The position numbers and the translations under genes were made by a program. Positions 15,126-18,173 of a DNA stretch of 18,173 bases are shown piece after piece. Source of the stretch: Candidatus Woesebacteria bacterium (lineage in GTDB: Bacteria > Patescibacteriota > Microgenomatia > UBA1400 > PJMF01); the NCBI GenBank assembly GCA_035341315.1, contig DAOQVB010000014.1:1-18173 (forward strand), given 5' to 3'. Position 1 is the stretch's first letter. Every line of letters starts with the position of its first letter. The notes below the pieces were generated by a model, which saw only the letters and a list, made by a program, of their open reading frames with translations, was not told where the DNA came from and made no database searches.

Positions 15126-16748
15126 CTATAATTGAATCGCATCTCCACCAAGGCGATTGATGAAATAGGTATCATGAGAAATATACAGAATTGCGCCAGG
15201 AAAATTTTCGAGCATGGTTTCAAGCTCTTCAATTGAGGGCAAATCCAAATGGTTAGTAGGCTCATCAAGAATTAATAAATTTGGTTCACCAATAAACATT
15301 TTGATTAATTGAAACCGCGCTTTTTGACCGCCTGATAAGTTGGCAATTTTTTGGTGTGCATCTAGTTTGGTGTCAAATAAATATTGGGCGAGCAGGCTAT
15401 AGACTTTTCTTTCATCAATTGCCACCTTTTTTTCCTCATGAATAACGCGAATGGCTTCAACTAGAGGTAGTGACAGATATTTTCCATCAATTTCTTGTTG
15501 GTACTCGCCAATTCTCAAATCATTGCCAAATGTAATTTCACCATCCAAAAGATTGGCAGTTGGTGGTTGTTTTTCTGATAAGGCAATCAAAGTCTTTACC
15601 AAAGTACTTTTGCCAGCACCATTCCTACCTTTTATAAAAACGCGACCACTTTCTTTGAGGCTAAAATTGATTTCAGAGAAGAGGCATTCATCATACCCAA
15701 CTGCCAATTGTCGGACAGAAACCAGCTCTCCGCCTCTTTTTACGTCACCAGTACCTGAAATCTTAATGTTTTTTTCTTTAAACTTATCATACGAATCAAC
15801 TACTTTTTTGTCCAAACTTTCGATTGAATTTTGATCAATCCAAAAAGCTGGTTTGATAGTTGCTGCTTTAATTTTTTCATAATCTCTTAGCCAGTGATCG
15901 TAGCGAATCTTCCACTCTTTACTCTTAGCACGCATTTGGAGTCCCCACTCAACTTTCTTTTTAGCTTCTTTTAAGCGACTGAGTTGATCTTCGTAGAGTT
16001 TTACTGATGTGAGTGTTTGCGTGGCGTTTTGCTTTATATAACTGTGGTAATTACCTTTAAAAAAATGCATTTTTTGATCTTTTAACTCAATTATTTTTGT
16101 AACATTTTTAAGTACATCTCTATCGTGAGTAATGACAACAACTGCCTGAAGAATACTTCGCATCCATGTAATAAAGCGCTCTTTTCCCTTATAGTCCATG
16201 TGATTGGTTGGTTCATCAATCAGGAGAATATCCGCCTGAGAAAACATCATCCGAGTCATTTCAACATAGCGTTTTTGACCACCAGACAAGTGTTTTAATG
16301 GTTGGTGAACCATTACTGTAGATATACCAAAGTCTTCTAAACTACTGATAACAGCTTCTCTTAAATTGAAGTATTTATGTTCGGTAAAATATTCCAAAAC
16401 TTCCAAATATCGGTTTAAATTTGTATTCTGACCACTTTCGTACTCTTCCAGGAATTTTTGATACTCAAAATAATGGGGAACACTATTCAAAATATACTCC
16501 AACGCTGATTGTTCTAATTCCTGAATATGCTCTTGTTTGGTAAGTACTATGCGAGTACCTTTGCGAGTTGTAACCGTGCCTTCAAAATCATGATCTTCGC
16601 CACTGAGGATTTTAAATAAGGTCGTTTTTCCGTAGCCGTTTCTGCCAATGAGGGCAATTTTTTCTCCAGCCACGATAGTAAAAGCTAAGTCTTGGAAAAG
16701 ATACTTCGCTCCAATAGATTTGGCTAGGTTGGTTGCTTCTAGTAACAT
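15126..16748 (-). CDS. ABC-F family ATPase (tandem ABC domains, no TM domain; EttA/Uup/YbiT-like)
   Basis: Two Walker A motifs (GRNGYGKTT and GRNGAGKST). Two ABC signature motifs (LSGGQKRYVEM and LSGGQKARFQL). Two Walker B motifs (LLIDEPTNHMD and LILDEPTNHLD). A charged inter-domain linker. 540 aa and no hydrophobic segments. Confidence 0.9.
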   Translation of the reverse strand: MLLEATNLAKSIGAKYLFQDLAFTIVAGEKIALIGRNGYGKTTLFKILSGEDHDFEGTVTTRKGTRIVLTKQEHIQELEQSALEYILNSVPHYFEYQKFLEEYESGQNTNLNRYLEVLEYFTEHKYFNLREAVISSLEDFGISTVMVHQPLKHLSGGQKRYVEMTRMMFSQADILLIDEPTNHMDYKGKERFITWMRSILQAVVVITHDRDVLKNVTKIIELKDQKMHFFKGNYHSYIKQNATQTLTSVKLYEDQLSRLKEAKKKVEWGLQMRAKSKEWKIRYDHWLRDYEKIKAATIKPAFWIDQNSIESLDKKVVDSYDKFKEKNIKISGTGDVKRGGELVSVRQLAVGYDECLFSEINFSLKESGRVFIKGRNGAGKSTLVKTLIALSEKQPPTANLLDGEITFGNDLRIGEYQQEIDGKYLSLPLVEAIRVIHEEKKVAIDERKVYSLLAQYLFDTKLDAHQKIANLSGGQKARFQLIKMFIGEPNLLILDEPTNHLDLPSIEELETMLENFPGAILYISHDTYFINRLGGDAIQL

Positions 16749-16837
16749 ACATGAATTCTAGTAACACAAGTGACGAATTATACAGGAAAAAGGATGAATT
16801 ATTTGACATTGTCTAGACACATACCTATGTTAGAAAC

Positions 16838-17287
16838 ATGGATTCACAAGCAATTCCCCCAATTGAGCAGCAACTTCCAAAGGAGACAAAGAGTTCAACT
16901 TTCCGTGTAAAACCCACTTCCATAATTATTATCTTTCTCGTTTTATTGAGTGTTATTTTGATGTTACAAAATCGCCAACTCAAATTATCTAAAATTGCTC
17001 AGAATGCAGATGTGATCGAATTAGAACAAGTGCTTGATGCTTCAAGCCCCACTGCTGTGGCACAAACAGATAATCTTAATCCTGTTGCAACTAATACAGA
17101 ATTAACCTCTTTGAGGGCATACTCAATTAAAGTAGGAGGTACGAAACAAGACGAATCTCTCCAATTAATGGTGTACAAAACACTATTTGGTGATGAATGG
17201 ACTACATGGTCCAATAATCGAAATTGGTCAGTTATCTACCGCCAATATTCTCAATCCTCGTCTGAGATATATAAGAAATCATTTTAA
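16838..17287 (+). CDS. Small membrane-anchored hypothetical protein
   Basis: N-terminal TM segment IIIIFLVLLSVILML, then a hydrophilic domain of about 100 aa. Confidence 0.45.
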   Translation: MDSQAIPPIEQQLPKETKSSTFRVKPTSIIIIFLVLLSVILMLQNRQLKLSKIAQNADVIELEQVLDASSPTAVAQTDNLNPVATNTELTSLRAYSIKVGGTKQDESLQLMVYKTLFGDEWTTWSNNRNWSVIYRQYSQSSSEIYKKSF

Positions 17288-17314
17288 GAAAAACAAAACA
17301 TTGTTTTTTATGTC

Positions 17315-17710
17315 TTGTCGGAAAAAGAGCTTCAACCCAATAAACGCTATGGAAATGATTTATTTTCTGTTACTGTCCTCAGTGAAATTCCAGCCGTGGT
17401 TCCTTTCTTGGAAAATCAAGATTACTGCAAGGTAGATGCAGACTGTTCAATCAGATATAACTGGTGTGAAAAAGGTGGCTGGAATGACTACTCCGCATAT
17501 GTGGAGGACATTGGATGTACTGCTGGATTTAATGAAGGTCAGAGCGAGTCAATGGCGGAGCAGTTGGAATGCGATGTGAGTTACTTTCCAGGAATGGTTG
17601 CGAGCTATAGCTCTGTTCGGTGCATAGACAATAGTTGTGTGGCGCAAAACCCATCCTTTTCGTGTCCTTCAGACACCGACTCATGGGTTAATGATGGATT
17701 AGTTCTTTGA
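17315..17710 (+). CDS. Cysteine-rich small hypothetical protein, possibly secreted
   Basis: At least 9 Cys in about 100 aa (C..DADC, WCEKGGW, GC, EC, RCIDNSC, SC). The ORF as called starts on TTG with no RBS. An overlapping frame (17310..17435) encodes a signal-peptide-like MSCRKKSF...MIYFLLLSSV, so a frameshift or a mis-called start is possible. Confidence 0.4.
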   Translation: MSEKELQPNKRYGNDLFSVTVLSEIPAVVPFLENQDYCKVDADCSIRYNWCEKGGWNDYSAYVEDIGCTAGFNEGQSESMAEQLECDVSYFPGMVASYSSVRCIDNSCVAQNPSFSCPSDTDSWVNDGLVL

Positions 17711-17821
17711 GATAAAATCAAACTAAGGTAATACTTGGCCGATTTCCAAGTCCTATTTACCTCGTTTTTTAATTCATCCCGACCGATATGATATAAAATG
17801 GTACATTAAAGATATTTATGT

Positions 17822-18139
17822 ATGATAAGGGAGACCATGAAAGAGAGAGAAACGGGTGTTGAAGGAAAATTGGCTGCAAAAGTCGTTACACTAGGTGGTC
17901 TTAACTCAGACCATATTTTGAGTATCATTGAAGCAAATGCGCCAGTGCCGTTAAGTTGGGAAGTTACAGAGGCCATTCATGCGTATGCGAAGGGAAATCC
18001 TGGAGTAGCTGTAGTGCTATCAAAACATGCAGCCTGCTTGAAGACAGCGGTGGATGTTGAGGAACTCGTCGGTTGGCCACTGAGCGTTCACACAATCGAA
18101 CGCACTGGGGACATTTGGGATAAATTGAAGAATAGTTAA
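17822..18139 (+). CDS. Hypothetical protein (105 aa)
   Basis: ORF with plausible codon usage. No motif recognised. Confidence 0.4.
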   Translation: MIRETMKERETGVEGKLAAKVVTLGGLNSDHILSIIEANAPVPLSWEVTEAIHAYAKGNPGVAVVLSKHAACLKTAVDVEELVGWPLSVHTIERTGDIWDKLKNS

Positions 18140-18173
18140 TTATTTCTCAGTTACTGTTTTAGAGAGTTACATC

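Overview
Low-GC (about 40%) bacterial chromosomal window. Gene order, with the supported features:

- A DUF975-like membrane protein (+), a cytochrome-b5-domain lipoprotein (-), and a large polytopic membrane protein that may be a GT-C glycosyltransferase (-).
- DNA primase dnaG (+), followed by an unknown 289-aa protein where rpoD would usually sit.
- A sortase (-) directly downstream of its apparent substrate, a surface protein split into two frames at a G6 homopolymer. The substrate has a signal peptide, a 36-bp tandem Pro/Ser repeat linker and a C-terminal sorting signal.
- A tRNA (most likely Asn-GUU) split by a group I intron of about 550 nt that carries a 106-aa HNH homing endonuclease ORF.
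- An AT-rich, accessory-looking stretch of hypothetical genes downstream of the tRNA: two lipoproteins (one an SPFH/band-7-like gene with clearly elevated GC and a hairpin terminator), an HExxH putative metallopeptidase, and a membrane-anchored PT-rich protein.
- An ABC-F ATPase (-) and three small hypothetical genes at the right edge.

No CRISPR array, rRNA or transposase was recognised. The strongest signals are the intron-containing tRNA with its homing endonuclease, and the frameshifted, repeat-bearing sortase substrate next to its sortase.
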